Part shown: positions 1 to 8,931 of the stretch, one piece after another | How the letters are laid out: the number at the start of each line of letters is the position of its first letter | Position numbering within the stretch: the first letter of the stretch is position 1 | Origin: a virus | Taxonomy: Duplodnaviria; Caudoviricetes | DNA: 24,476 nt | Strand: one strand, 5' to 3' | Virus record (IMG/VR): IMGVR_UViG_3300038520_002765 | Coordinates: 1 to 24,476 of that record | Notes under the pieces: model-generated | Told to the model about the DNA's origin: nothing | The model's input: only the letters and a program-made list of their open reading frames with translations | The model's database searches: none | Program-made: the position numbers and the translations under genes

Positions 1-177
1 CATAGATGTTATTAAAAAACCTGTGCTAGTTATTAATATTTTTTCTATTCTATGGATATCAGTATGTAGGTCATTAATTTTTTTATTAGTTTCCCTTTGC
101 ATGATTTGACAAAGTTTCTCATGATCCGATATTCTTTGATGTGCTAATTGATCTTTATGTGATGTTTTTTTTGGCAC
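1..177 (-). CDS. Small coiled-coil/membrane protein, holin or XhlA-like candidate (3'-truncated, missed by ORF track)
   Basis: Manual translation from GTG at 177: MPKKTSHKDQLAHQRISDHEKLCQIMQRETNKKINDLHTDIHRIEKILITSTGFLITSM..., open to window edge. SD-like GAGGGTGGG upstream; a hydrophobic segment begins at the edge. Confidence 0.7.
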   Translation of the reverse strand, partial: MPKKTSHKDQLAHQRISDHEKLCQIMQRETNKKINDLHTDIHRIEKILITSTGFLITSM

Positions 178-2743
178 TTATAATCCCACCCTCTCTAAAT
201 TGTGGTCTGGCAGCGATAGCTCCTAATAAATCACCCTGAGCTAATGCAACTCTTTGATTAGGATTTATTGAAGTATTACCAGGTTGAACATTTGGTAATT
301 GTGGTCTAGCCTGATTTGGTGGTAACTCAGGCGGTGTTTGTTCATTTCCAAAATTGAATGTAAGAGCAGGAGCTTCTTCTGGTTGCACGGGATCTATATT
401 TATTTGAGGTAAAGTTTCACCTCTAAAAAAAGCTTCATAAGCTTCTCTATTTCCTTCTACTTGGTTCATAACTAATTTAGCTTGATCTGCTCCTATAAAA
501 CCTTGTCCAACTAAAGCTGCTCCTATTTGAGACATCGATCTTGAATATTGATCAAAATTTTTAGCCGGTCTTTTTAATCCTTCAATTAATAATTTAGATG
601 CGCCCGGTCTAGAAAACATATAAGATATAGCTGCAGGGCCTACAAAAAAAGCAGCAGCTGTACCTGGATCTATTACACCAGAGCCTCCAGCTGCCACAGC
701 TCCTATTTGAGTTAAAGCTCCTGCTTGTTTCAATTGAATAAATACAGTACCTGCTTTTCCACTTACACCAGGTCTTGTTATTGTACCTTCCGTAAATCTT
801 AAAGCATTAGTATAATCTCTTAAATTTTTTGCTTGCTCTTTAGTTATCAAGCCTGCGTCATCAATAAAACTTCTATATTTTTCTAAAAATTTAGTCGCCT
901 TAGCTGGTTTTAAAACTTCGTATTGTCCTTTTAATTCTGATGACTCTTCTAAGAAGTTTCTAAAAAATTGACCTCTAATAGCATTTTTTATTTCATCACT
1001 ATTCTTAAATAATGGAACAGATCCGCCTCCAGGCACTTTTAATTGTTTATCGAATAAACTTAAATATTTTTCGGTTGTGCTTCTATCATTAGCTACAACT
1101 ATTCTTTTATATAATTTTTCTTGTCCAATCTTAGATTCTGCAACTTGTTTAAAAAGAGTATCTCTAAACACTTCATCGCCTTGTTTAGAAAATTGTACAA
1201 TTTGAGATCTCATGCCGTTTATAGATGCAGGTAATTTTGCGCTATCTTGTAAATAAGTAAAACGTTTTGTAAGTTCTGCTTTTACGGTTCTTTGTAAAGG
1301 CACATTAGGGTTAAATTTTGTTATAATACCACCGTAAAGATCTCTTAAGACAGGATAAGGAATATTATCATCAAATGATAAAATTCTACCTAATTCTTGT
1401 TCTACTAAGTCATCACCCAACGCACCTTTTAATTCCGGATTAGTAATTCGTCTTAATTGTGTTTTGGCATATTCTTTCAATGATGATGTTTCCTCTATTC
1501 TACTAGTTTGAGGATTAAATATTTTAGATTTTTCTTTACTAGCAATGTTAACAAAATATCTCGGATCATATGCACCTCTAGTGCCATCAGGATTTTTTAA
1601 ACGTAAAGCATCCTCTGCATTTCTACCAAAATCCTGCCATAAATCATTTTTAATTCTTTCATATGTTTTACTACTCCTCAAAATACTATCATTAATTATT
1701 TTACCAACCATATAACCGTTAGGATCAATACTATTTTTAGAAGAAGCCTTTATTATTTCTTCACCAAACTGATTCATACCTTGAGCAACTGTATTTGTAG
1801 AAAAACCTTGTGCTCTTATTATTGGTCCACCCATAAAAGAAGATTTAGCGATACCTTCCATTAAATCTATTGATCCACTCTCTACAGCTAATCCTGGAGT
1901 GATTGCAGCTCTATCAACTTTTTTAGTTAAAAAATCTGTACCTTCCTCTGCTTCTACTTTAGCAATAAAAGCTTTTGCGTCGTCAGGTCTTTTTAATAAA
2001 GATAATTGTTCATCAGTTAAAACATTTTTTAATTTATCAAGTTCTAGAGGTTCACCCTTTTTTATTTTTAAAAGTTCTTTAAAAAATTTTTTTTCTCTAT
2101 CTAAAATATTAATAGCTCTACTAGCACCAAACTGCTCATTAACTTTACCTCTTGCAACTTTAGTATATATTTTTCCAAGAGCACCAGCTAAACCAAAACC
2201 TGCTAATTCACCAAGGCCACCTTGCAATGCACCTCTTGTAACTTCTCTTACAATATCTTCTTTAGGGTCAAAGGTTTGTGCTAATGCAGCTCCCGTACCT
2301 CCTCCGATTGCCGCTCCTGCCGTTCCTGCTCCAATTTTTCTAACAGTATTAGCCGATATATTTAATAAAGGCCTAGATAAACTTGCAACTCTTGCAGCTA
2401 AGCCTGCTGAAGCTACTAGAGATCCACCACCTGTAACAGGTGCTAGTGCAACTCCAGCAATACCACCAGCAATGGATAAACCTACTTCAGTAACTAATCT
2501 TTTAAAACTAGGGCTTCCTAAAAAACTTTCAGTATCTTTATTGTATTTACCTTTATTAGCTTCTGATAAAACTTCTTCTGGTGAAAGAGTTAAAACACCT
2601 TGCTCGTCAAATGCTTTATTACCTGTAAGGCCAGATGTGTTTTCTCTAAAATCTAAAAAACTATCTATTGCAACTTGTTCAGTTGCTGTAGGTTGGTCAC
2701 CTTTTATTTTAAATTTTTGTCCGTTTACTATTATTTCACCCAT
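155..2743 (-). CDS. Large internal virion / DNA ejection protein (positional analogue of T7 gp16 / P22 gp16)
   Basis: 862 aa, mostly helical, with Gly/Ala-rich hydrophobic segments near the N-terminus (VGLSIAGGIAGVALAP, GAGTAGAAIGGGTGAALA). Last of the ejection-type genes; TAATG-coupled to the upstream gene. Confidence 0.7.
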   Translation of the reverse strand: MGEIIVNGQKFKIKGDQPTATEQVAIDSFLDFRENTSGLTGNKAFDEQGVLTLSPEEVLSEANKGKYNKDTESFLGSPSFKRLVTEVGLSIAGGIAGVALAPVTGGGSLVASAGLAARVASLSRPLLNISANTVRKIGAGTAGAAIGGGTGAALAQTFDPKEDIVREVTRGALQGGLGELAGFGLAGALGKIYTKVARGKVNEQFGASRAINILDREKKFFKELLKIKKGEPLELDKLKNVLTDEQLSLLKRPDDAKAFIAKVEAEEGTDFLTKKVDRAAITPGLAVESGSIDLMEGIAKSSFMGGPIIRAQGFSTNTVAQGMNQFGEEIIKASSKNSIDPNGYMVGKIINDSILRSSKTYERIKNDLWQDFGRNAEDALRLKNPDGTRGAYDPRYFVNIASKEKSKIFNPQTSRIEETSSLKEYAKTQLRRITNPELKGALGDDLVEQELGRILSFDDNIPYPVLRDLYGGIITKFNPNVPLQRTVKAELTKRFTYLQDSAKLPASINGMRSQIVQFSKQGDEVFRDTLFKQVAESKIGQEKLYKRIVVANDRSTTEKYLSLFDKQLKVPGGGSVPLFKNSDEIKNAIRGQFFRNFLEESSELKGQYEVLKPAKATKFLEKYRSFIDDAGLITKEQAKNLRDYTNALRFTEGTITRPGVSGKAGTVFIQLKQAGALTQIGAVAAGGSGVIDPGTAAAFFVGPAAISYMFSRPGASKLLIEGLKRPAKNFDQYSRSMSQIGAALVGQGFIGADQAKLVMNQVEGNREAYEAFFRGETLPQINIDPVQPEEAPALTFNFGNEQTPPELPPNQARPQLPNVQPGNTSINPNQRVALAQGDLLGAIAARPQFREGGIISAKKNIT

Positions 2744-3624
2744 TAATTTTTAGACACATCTATTGTGTCCCCTTTTCTTTCAATGACTATTTGTTTAGCT
2801 AAATCAATATCAGTAAATGCATCAGAGGCTCCTGTCTGCTCCATGATATTCATAGCATTTAATATATTTGTATTATTACCTTTTGCTATTTGTTCTACTT
2901 GATTGAAGTATCCTGAAAGAGTTTCAAGTTTAGCTTCAAACGTTACTTCACTGTCTCCTAATTGTGGTATCATTTTTTTAATACGTTCTGCTTCCTGCTC
3001 AGATACCGCTGCACCTGATATGGCTTGTGAAATAAAACTTGTGGCTTGTTGAATATTAGCTTTTAATTTTCCATATTCTTTTGAGTATTCTGCTCCACCG
3101 GCTCTACCGAAAAACGCACCTATTCTTTTTAAATCCACTGTACCAACAGGTTTTCCTAACTTTACATATTTATCTGCAATATTACCAATAATACTTTGCA
3201 CTCTTCTTGCAGCTTGTGTTTGTTTTACTTCCTCAGCACTAGGAGCTTGCACAACATTTATTTTACCTTTTTCATCTCTTTGTGCCACTGTGCCTTCTGT
3301 AAGACCTGCAGCTTTCACTTCGGCTGGAGTTAACAGTTGGTTTCTTTTTGGTCTTAATTTACCAATAGCTTCTATACTAGCAGGCACACCAGCAAAACCA
3401 GCACCTAATGCTCTAGCTAATGAACTTCTTTGTGATTCACCAGGTCTTTGATCAGCTAATAAAAATGCTTGAGCAAATGGTAAAGTTAATATTGCTTTTT
3501 CTTTAGAAGACAAACCACCGGTTTGAAATTTTTGTATTCTAATTAAGCCACCATTATTTTTATTGGACCCATGCTTTTGATAATACTTTTTTTTAAAAAG
3601 TTTTCTTGTTAAAACCTTTTCCAT
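2743..3624 (-). CDS. Internal virion / ejection protein (gp20-like position)
   Basis: 293 aa, helical. N-terminal VLTRKLF and KFQTGG motifs; SGAAVSEQEAERIKKMIP is a motif type seen in phage DNA-transfer proteins; lies between two other ejection-type genes. Confidence 0.6.
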   Translation of the reverse strand: MEKVLTRKLFKKKYYQKHGSNKNNGGLIRIQKFQTGGLSSKEKAILTLPFAQAFLLADQRPGESQRSSLARALGAGFAGVPASIEAIGKLRPKRNQLLTPAEVKAAGLTEGTVAQRDEKGKINVVQAPSAEEVKQTQAARRVQSIIGNIADKYVKLGKPVGTVDLKRIGAFFGRAGGAEYSKEYGKLKANIQQATSFISQAISGAAVSEQEAERIKKMIPQLGDSEVTFEAKLETLSGYFNQVEQIAKGNNTNILNAMNIMEQTGASDAFTDIDLAKQIVIERKGDTIDVSKN

Positions 3625-4494
3625 TTATCCTCCTGGTCTAGTAAACTGGTAAGCAGAGTAAGCACCTAAGCCAGTACCTAAAGCTTGAGCTAGTGGATTA
3701 GATCCGGGAGCCGTGGTTGCTGTAATACTACTTTGTGTTGTAGGTAAATTAGTTAAGATACCTTTTAAAAATTCTATTCTTTGGAAAGGTTCAAATGATC
3801 TTTGTAATTGTGTTTGTCTAGCAGCCTCTAAACCAGCCTGACCTATACCTCTTTGAACTCCACCTGCTTGTAAAGCACTTTGAATGTCTTGTAATCTTAA
3901 TTGTTGTTGTTGTCCACCAAGAGCTCCTAATAATTGACCTGACTGTAAACCGGTTTGTGCTTGTAAATTTCTTTGTCTTTCAGCAGCTCCTAAAGCTTGT
4001 TGGAATCCTGCTTGTTGAGCTAAACCAACTTGACTTAATCTTGCTCTTTCTAATTCAGCTTGAGCAACTCCTTGTCTTCCACCACCAAATGCGCCAGCAC
4101 CAACTGCTTGTGCTGCTAATCTAGTTTGTCCTATCTGAGCTTGCCTGTTAATTTCATCTGTAACAAATTGTTGAAAAGGATTAAAAAATTGAGAAACATT
4201 CAATGGAGTTGCAGCAGCAGTTTGAGCACCTAAAATAGATCCTATACCTGCTGTTACTGTAGGCTGACCTGTGCCTGTCTGTGCAGCTTGTTGAAAAGCA
4301 GCTTGTTCTGCTGCAGTAGCAGGAGCAGCTTGAATAGCAGGAAGACTTACTGGTTGTGCAGCAAGTTTAGCGGCCTCATCATATAAGGCTAACTTCCTAG
4401 CCTCAACACCTGGAGCTTCTCTCTGTGTAACAACAGAAGATCCAGATTGTGTTGGCGCTGGTGCCGATGATCCCCCTCCAAATATAAAACTCAT
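3625..4494 (-). CDS. DNA transfer / pilot-type internal virion protein (P22 gp7 / T7 gp14-like position)
   Basis: 289 aa, Gln/Ala/Gly-rich; FFNPFQQFV and GAGAFGGGRQGV motifs; hydrophobic C-terminus (LAQALGTGLGAYSAY). Confidence 0.7.
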   Translation of the reverse strand: MSFIFGGGSSAPAPTQSGSSVVTQREAPGVEARKLALYDEAAKLAAQPVSLPAIQAAPATAAEQAAFQQAAQTGTGQPTVTAGIGSILGAQTAAATPLNVSQFFNPFQQFVTDEINRQAQIGQTRLAAQAVGAGAFGGGRQGVAQAELERARLSQVGLAQQAGFQQALGAAERQRNLQAQTGLQSGQLLGALGGQQQQLRLQDIQSALQAGGVQRGIGQAGLEAARQTQLQRSFEPFQRIEFLKGILTNLPTTQSSITATTAPGSNPLAQALGTGLGAYSAYQFTRPGG

Positions 4495-4952
4495 TTTATC
4501 TCCTTAGTAAATAAATATCTTTTTGTTTTCCATCCAATCGAGTTTAAAAACTTTTCCCAACCTTTTCTTGCAAACACTGCTATCCTTTTACAATCGTATT
4601 GAACAGCTATATGTTCTAACATTTGAGATACTTCATCTTGCCATAATTCTCTTTTTTCTCCAGCAAGTAAAACTACCTCTACTTGTTTAAAATTTGGTAG
4701 CTTAGTTATTCTTGTAACAAATGTACCAAACACTTTATGTTTTTCACCATCATCTGATCCAAACATAATAAACAACTGATAAGCGTTCTCCCTTAAATAC
4801 TTTTTAAAAAGGGGAACAGATATCCAATCATCTTCATACTTAATCCCTTGTCTAATAAAAAATTCAACTAAGGACCAATACTTCTCAATCTGTTTAGGCT
4901 CAATAGCTAATACTGAGACCTCTTTTTTAATTTGTTTTTTCTCTACCTGCAT
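4491..4952 (-). CDS. GNAT-fold acetyltransferase-like virion assembly protein (T7 gp13 / P22 gp14-like position)
   Basis: 153 aa with VVLLAG and CKRIAVFARKGWEKFL motifs, directly upstream of the ejection genes. Confidence 0.55.
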   Translation of the reverse strand: MQVEKKQIKKEVSVLAIEPKQIEKYWSLVEFFIRQGIKYEDDWISVPLFKKYLRENAYQLFIMFGSDDGEKHKVFGTFVTRITKLPNFKQVEVVLLAGEKRELWQDEVSQMLEHIAVQYDCKRIAVFARKGWEKFLNSIGWKTKRYLFTKEIK

Positions 4953-5793
4953 CTACTAAATCAAAAATCCTTTTAAACTTTTTTTGTTGATCATAAAAAA
5001 AATTAGCACCTTTTGATCTCATATCTTTTCTATCTTTAGGCGATGCACCTGATAAAATTCCTGCTCCTAAAACGGCATCAGCTCTAGATACGAATTCTCC
5101 ATCTGCTAGTTGTGCTAACATAGTATCCTCATCTTTGTCCCCTGTACCAGAACCGTCTTCTACGTATCCAGTAGCTCTTACGTAGTTGTTTATATCGTTT
5201 TCGTCATGTGTAGATTTTGATGGTAAATAATTTATACCACCCTTATTAAATTTTTTAATTTCTGCTAAGCCACCTTTTGCTGCATAAACACTAGCTGGAG
5301 CAAAAGAGGTTATACCTCCTGTGTATTGTGGAGCAGCTTCAAATCCACCTTTAAGTTTTTCTGATTGTTCTGCATATTCTCTTGCATAATCTTCTTCTGA
5401 AAATGGCGGCTTAAATTCTGGCACATCCTCTGGTATTAAACTTATACCAGTAGCTCCTAAAAATAATTTTTCTCCAGTTCCTAAACCTCTAAAACCTGAA
5501 CCCTCTTTAATTATATTTCCTGCAGCATCTTTCGTGGCTTTTTCACCTAATAATTTTTGTAAGAAATTCTTTTGAGTAGGTCCAGTTTTAGTTGCAGCAC
5601 CCGTAGTTGCAGCGCCAGTGCCGAGACCTAAAGATGAAAAGGCTGGTTTTTGAAATGCCTCCACACCTCCAAATTTTCCTAAACCATAAGTAGCACCACC
5701 AACTAAAGCTGCGTCTTGTAAAGCTGTTCTAGTTGATTTACCCCTTAGTTTTTGTACGCCAAATGTGGCAAGAGCTATTGTAAATGGATCCAT
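4927..5793 (-). CDS. Putative internal virion protein with tape-measure-type GxGxxDxxxAxLxDGEFV module
   Basis: 288 aa with hydrophobic N-terminus, AAKGG and KFNKGG motifs, then GSGTGDKDEDTMLAQLADGEFVSRADAV. Confidence 0.6.
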   Translation of the reverse strand: MDPFTIALATFGVQKLRGKSTRTALQDAALVGGATYGLGKFGGVEAFQKPAFSSLGLGTGAATTGAATKTGPTQKNFLQKLLGEKATKDAAGNIIKEGSGFRGLGTGEKLFLGATGISLIPEDVPEFKPPFSEEDYAREYAEQSEKLKGGFEAAPQYTGGITSFAPASVYAAKGGLAEIKKFNKGGINYLPSKSTHDENDINNYVRATGYVEDGSGTGDKDEDTMLAQLADGEFVSRADAVLGAGILSGASPKDRKDMRSKGANFFYDQQKKFKRIFDLVDAGREKTN

Positions 5794-5818
5794 AATATTA
5801 CTTTAACGTTATCTCGTA

Positions 5819-5847
5819 ATATTACCATTTTACTCAGTTTTGATCAA
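5819..5847 (-). promoter_or_regulatory. Sigma70-type promoter upstream of the ejection-protein genes
   Basis: TTGATC (5847-5842), 17-nt spacer ending in TGG (extended -10 TG), TAATAT (5824-5819); 25 nt before the ATG at 5793. Confidence 0.5.
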
Positions 5848-6663
5848 CTCATCGGCAAAACACCCTCTATATTGATGTTCACCTGCATGAGTTATTCGAT
5901 CCGTAACAAGGGCATGACACTTACCACCAATATCTTTCCATCTTTTACAAAAAGCAAAGTCTTCTCCAAGATAAGCTTTCTTGACTGGATCATACATTGT
6001 ATCAAATAAATTATATAAATATGGTCTATTTATCAGCTCTCCATTTATTACAGTCTTTTGAATTATTTCTGTATCTGGATAGGCTTTAATCATTTTTTCA
6101 ATCACCTCTCTCTTAATTAACATACATCCTGTCGGAGAATGTGTTACCTCAGTAACTCCATCTTTTATCTTTATATTTTTATCATCAGCTACTTTCATTG
6201 GATATGAGTAGAGAGCTTTATATTTAAGATCCTTAACATTCTTTATATCTCCTTTAGACATTCTTTCCCAGGCCTTTTCCCAAAACATTTGTTTTAGTGG
6301 GTAAGGAACTGAAATAACATCTTTGTCGGCAGCTATCATTTTGAATACAGACTGTGTTTGAAACTCTATGTCTGAATCTACAAACAATAAATGAGTATGA
6401 CTACTTTCCATGAAACCTGAAACACATAAATTACGCCCATGTGTTACTAAGGAAGATTTCATAACTTGAAAAGATACTAAAACATTATTTTTTATACAAT
6501 GTTTTTGGAAGTCTAAACAGGCCTGAAAATAATGAATAGACACATCGCCATGAACTGGTGTAGCAACAAATATAGAAAATTTTTTAGGTTTTAACTCTTG
6601 TGTTTTATTTTGCTCAGGTTGGTCTTCTTTGAACCATATAGGCTTACTTGGATCTTGCATCAA
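5830..6663 (-). CDS. Glycosyltransferase, GT-A fold (GT2-like)
   Basis: FVATP strand, RNLCV helix, LLFVDSD (DxD), TGCMLIKREV, GEDFAFC and HAG motifs. Confidence 0.85.
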   Translation of the reverse strand: MMQDPSKPIWFKEDQPEQNKTQELKPKKFSIFVATPVHGDVSIHYFQACLDFQKHCIKNNVLVSFQVMKSSLVTHGRNLCVSGFMESSHTHLLFVDSDIEFQTQSVFKMIAADKDVISVPYPLKQMFWEKAWERMSKGDIKNVKDLKYKALYSYPMKVADDKNIKIKDGVTEVTHSPTGCMLIKREVIEKMIKAYPDTEIIQKTVINGELINRPYLYNLFDTMYDPVKKAYLGEDFAFCKRWKDIGGKCHALVTDRITHAGEHQYRGCFADELIKTE

Positions 6664-7579
6664 CTAAAGCTCCTTGTAAAAAATTTGTCCATTGTTGTCC
6701 TATAACTTTCCAATTATAAAAGTTCCTATAAAAGTTTTGTTGAAATTTTAAATGTATGTGTAAACCTAATTTATTAATTTGCAAAGGTATACCATCTATT
6801 ACGGAAGCAAACTGTTTTGCTAATTCTCTATAATCATCATTATAAGGCACATAGATGGGAAACTCTGAACAAGTTTCATATAGGCATCCGTGATCCGTGG
6901 TCGCTACGTATAGACCACAAGCTAAAGCTTCAAGGGCAGATATGCAAAAAGTTTCTTCCCAAATATTAGGATAAACGAAAGCATCATAATGATGTAAATT
7001 TTCTAAAATGAAATCATTAGATTTATATCCAATATAATTTACATTAGGCAGTTCTTTAGCTTGATCATACAACGCCTTATAATTATTTTCATTTTTAGAT
7101 TCAAACTCTGTCCCGTAAATTTTAGTGCTACTATATACATCTAAAGTTATATTAGGGTTTTTAATTAATTGCATAGCACCTAAAAGAACAGATAATCCAC
7201 GCCAAGGTGTAGGATGATAAATTAATTTAATTTTATCTCTTTTAGGTTCAGGATCTCTAAGTTTAATATCTTTAATACCATTTTTTATAACAGTGCATTT
7301 ACTTAAAGGTATTTTAAATCTTTTTCTAAATTGTTCATAATTCCAATGACTGTTAAAAACATAATAATCGTATTGTGCTATTTGTTCTTCGTTTTGAAAA
7401 AACTGTTGAAAATGTGGTTGATCTGGTGCCATCTTTTGCCAAAGAATATTTATTTTATCTTTCGCTAAAGGTTTTTCACCAGGAACGGATAGACATATTT
7501 GAAACTTATCTAGTAAATCAGATGAAACATGTTGTTTCAAAAATCCATATTGTAGTTCAGTTCCTCCTAAAGGTTTCAT
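6644..7579 (-). CDS. Glycosyltransferase, GT-B fold (GT4 / group 1-like)
   Basis: N-terminal GGTE, FNSHW, PWRGL, and ETFCISALEALACG (E-x7-E signature). Confidence 0.88.
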   Translation of the reverse strand: MKPLGGTELQYGFLKQHVSSDLLDKFQICLSVPGEKPLAKDKINILWQKMAPDQPHFQQFFQNEEQIAQYDYYVFNSHWNYEQFRKRFKIPLSKCTVIKNGIKDIKLRDPEPKRDKIKLIYHPTPWRGLSVLLGAMQLIKNPNITLDVYSSTKIYGTEFESKNENNYKALYDQAKELPNVNYIGYKSNDFILENLHHYDAFVYPNIWEETFCISALEALACGLYVATTDHGCLYETCSEFPIYVPYNDDYRELAKQFASVIDGIPLQINKLGLHIHLKFQQNFYRNFYNWKVIGQQWTNFLQGALVDARSK

Positions 7580-8097
7580 TATTTATAAATACCCCATGAG
7601 CAAATTATTCTTTTTTGTATTGACGAAGCAGCGTGCATTAATTTTGCAGGTATGTAAATAGCATCTGTCTTTTCAATTTCATATATCCTTTTTAAAGAAG
7701 GAAAGTCATAATAAGTTTTGCCTTCAAGTCCTACAATAAATACATTCTCATTATCTGAATGTAAAGGACCTGTTGCTGATCTAAAAGAAAAGAAAATATG
7801 TGGCTTAAAATTACTATCTTCAATATTTTTTCCAAAGAAAACACATAACTGTTTATGCAAATCCTTTAGTTTCTCATATTGACTTACGTCAAATATTTGA
7901 AAGGTATGACTAAAAATATCATGCATATTGATACCAACATGATCAGCAAATTTTACTGTGTTTTTAAAATAACTAAATGATATTAAATCCAGTATGTCAT
8001 TAAAATTAAATTCATTATCAAATTTAATTATGTTTTTAAAAACTTTAACTTCGTTTAAATTATTAATCTTTAAAGACTCTGTGTCTATAAAATTCAT
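7579..8097 (-). CDS. Cupin / JmjC-like double-stranded beta-helix oxygenase
   Basis: GPLHSD...VFIVGLEGKTYY...DAIYIPAKLMHAA...RIICSW gives an HxD...H metal triad. Confidence 0.72.
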   Translation of the reverse strand: MNFIDTESLKINNLNEVKVFKNIIKFDNEFNFNDILDLISFSYFKNTVKFADHVGINMHDIFSHTFQIFDVSQYEKLKDLHKQLCVFFGKNIEDSNFKPHIFFSFRSATGPLHSDNENVFIVGLEGKTYYDFPSLKRIYEIEKTDAIYIPAKLMHAASSIQKRIICSWGIYK

Positions 8098-8273
8098 GAA
8101 TTTTTAGTTTTACTAAACATAGGTAAATCAGGCACTTGAACTTCAACGTCCGTAGCAAGATCTTCTTTGGGATGATTCTTTAAAAAAGCTTCTTCCGTTT
8201 CATACCTTTCACCTGTTTTAATACTTCTATAATATGTTTTAGTATCGCATTTAATTTTGTGATAAACAGTCAT
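8094..8273 (-). CDS. Small hypothetical protein, 59 aa (missed by ORF track)
   Basis: MTVYHKIKCDTKTYYRSIKTGERYETEEAFLKNHPKEDLATDVEVQVPDLPMFSKTKNS; stop overlaps the next start (ATGA). Confidence 0.75.
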   Translation of the reverse strand: MTVYHKIKCDTKTYYRSIKTGERYETEEAFLKNHPKEDLATDVEVQVPDLPMFSKTKNS

Positions 8274-8292
8274 TGTGTTTTACTACTATAAA

Positions 8293-8427
8293 TTAACGCC
8301 CTTGTCCACGATTACGTTTACGTCTAGGTACTCTTTTACTATAGCTTTTAGCATGCCTACCAGGCCTTTTCTTTGGCGTTCTTTTTTTGTAATTACTTAC
8401 ACCAAATAAAGGCTTCTTCTTACCCAT
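8293..8427 (-). CDS. Very basic 44-aa peptide ending RGQGR (missed by ORF track)
   Basis: MGKKKPLFGVSNYKKRTPKKRPGRHAKSYSKRVPRRKRNRGQGR; start overlaps the upstream gene end by 8 nt and the ORF fills the gap. Confidence 0.75.
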   Translation of the reverse strand: MGKKKPLFGVSNYKKRTPKKRPGRHAKSYSKRVPRRKRNRGQGR

Positions 8428-8770
8428 TCTCTTGCGATCTATCTATTTGAGCATAACTTATAGCACCTTGAATTTTATTACTTCCGGAGGCTGCAGTTAC
8501 TGTTACTGAATCACCTGCTTCAAGGTTTAATCCCTGTGGAGTTGCATTAACTTGTGTTTTGGCTGCAACTTCATCTCTAAAAAATTCGTATTCAGCACTA
8601 GAATCAGAAGAGTCTACTAAATTCATATTCACTAAAATGCCTGATGATGCATCATTATTAGCAACATAAATACTTTTAATAATTAATGTTGCACTACTTG
8701 GACAAGTTAAAACTGTGGTCTTACTAGTATCCGATTGTTTGTAGCCTTGATTTTTATATTGTATTGTCAT
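8420..8770 (-). CDS. Small beta-sandwich virion (tail-associated) protein
   Basis: 116 aa, beta-rich (TVLTCPSSATLIIKSIYVAN...LNLEAGDSVTVTA), just downstream of the tail hub. Confidence 0.6.
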   Translation of the reverse strand: MTIQYKNQGYKQSDTSKTTVLTCPSSATLIIKSIYVANNDASSGILVNMNLVDSSDSSAEYEFFRDEVAAKTQVNATPQGLNLEAGDSVTVTAASGSNKIQGAISYAQIDRSQENG

Positions 8771-8931
8771 GATAAAAAATAGTTAAATGCATCAGCTTCA
8801 TTTTTTATATCATTTGGATATGAGAAGTTCAACTGAGATTGTAATGTTCTAAATGCTTGTAAGATTTGTCTTTGATCTTCTTGCGAGTATTCAAATTTTG
8901 GTTCTGGTATTTGTATTGTAATTTTTGCCAT
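8767..8931 (-). CDS. Small helical tail-associated protein, 54 aa (missed by ORF track; P22 gp26-like position)
   Basis: MAKITIQIPEPKFEYSQEDQRQILQAFRTLQSQLNFSYPNDIKNEADAFNYFLS; TAATG overlap upstream and ATGA overlap downstream. Confidence 0.8.
   Translation of the reverse strand: MAKITIQIPEPKFEYSQEDQRQILQAFRTLQSQLNFSYPNDIKNEADAFNYFLS

Noticed and set aside
1899-2753. 284-aa plus-strand ORF antisense to the large ejection protein
   Set aside because: In this frame stops need Tyr/His/Gln codons on the coding strand, which are scarce here; low-complexity translation, no SD, opposes the operon.
8274-8309. Possible promoter (TGGACA ... TATAGT) before the 59-aa gene
   Set aside because: Spacing of 12 nt is wrong and alternative -10 matches are weak.
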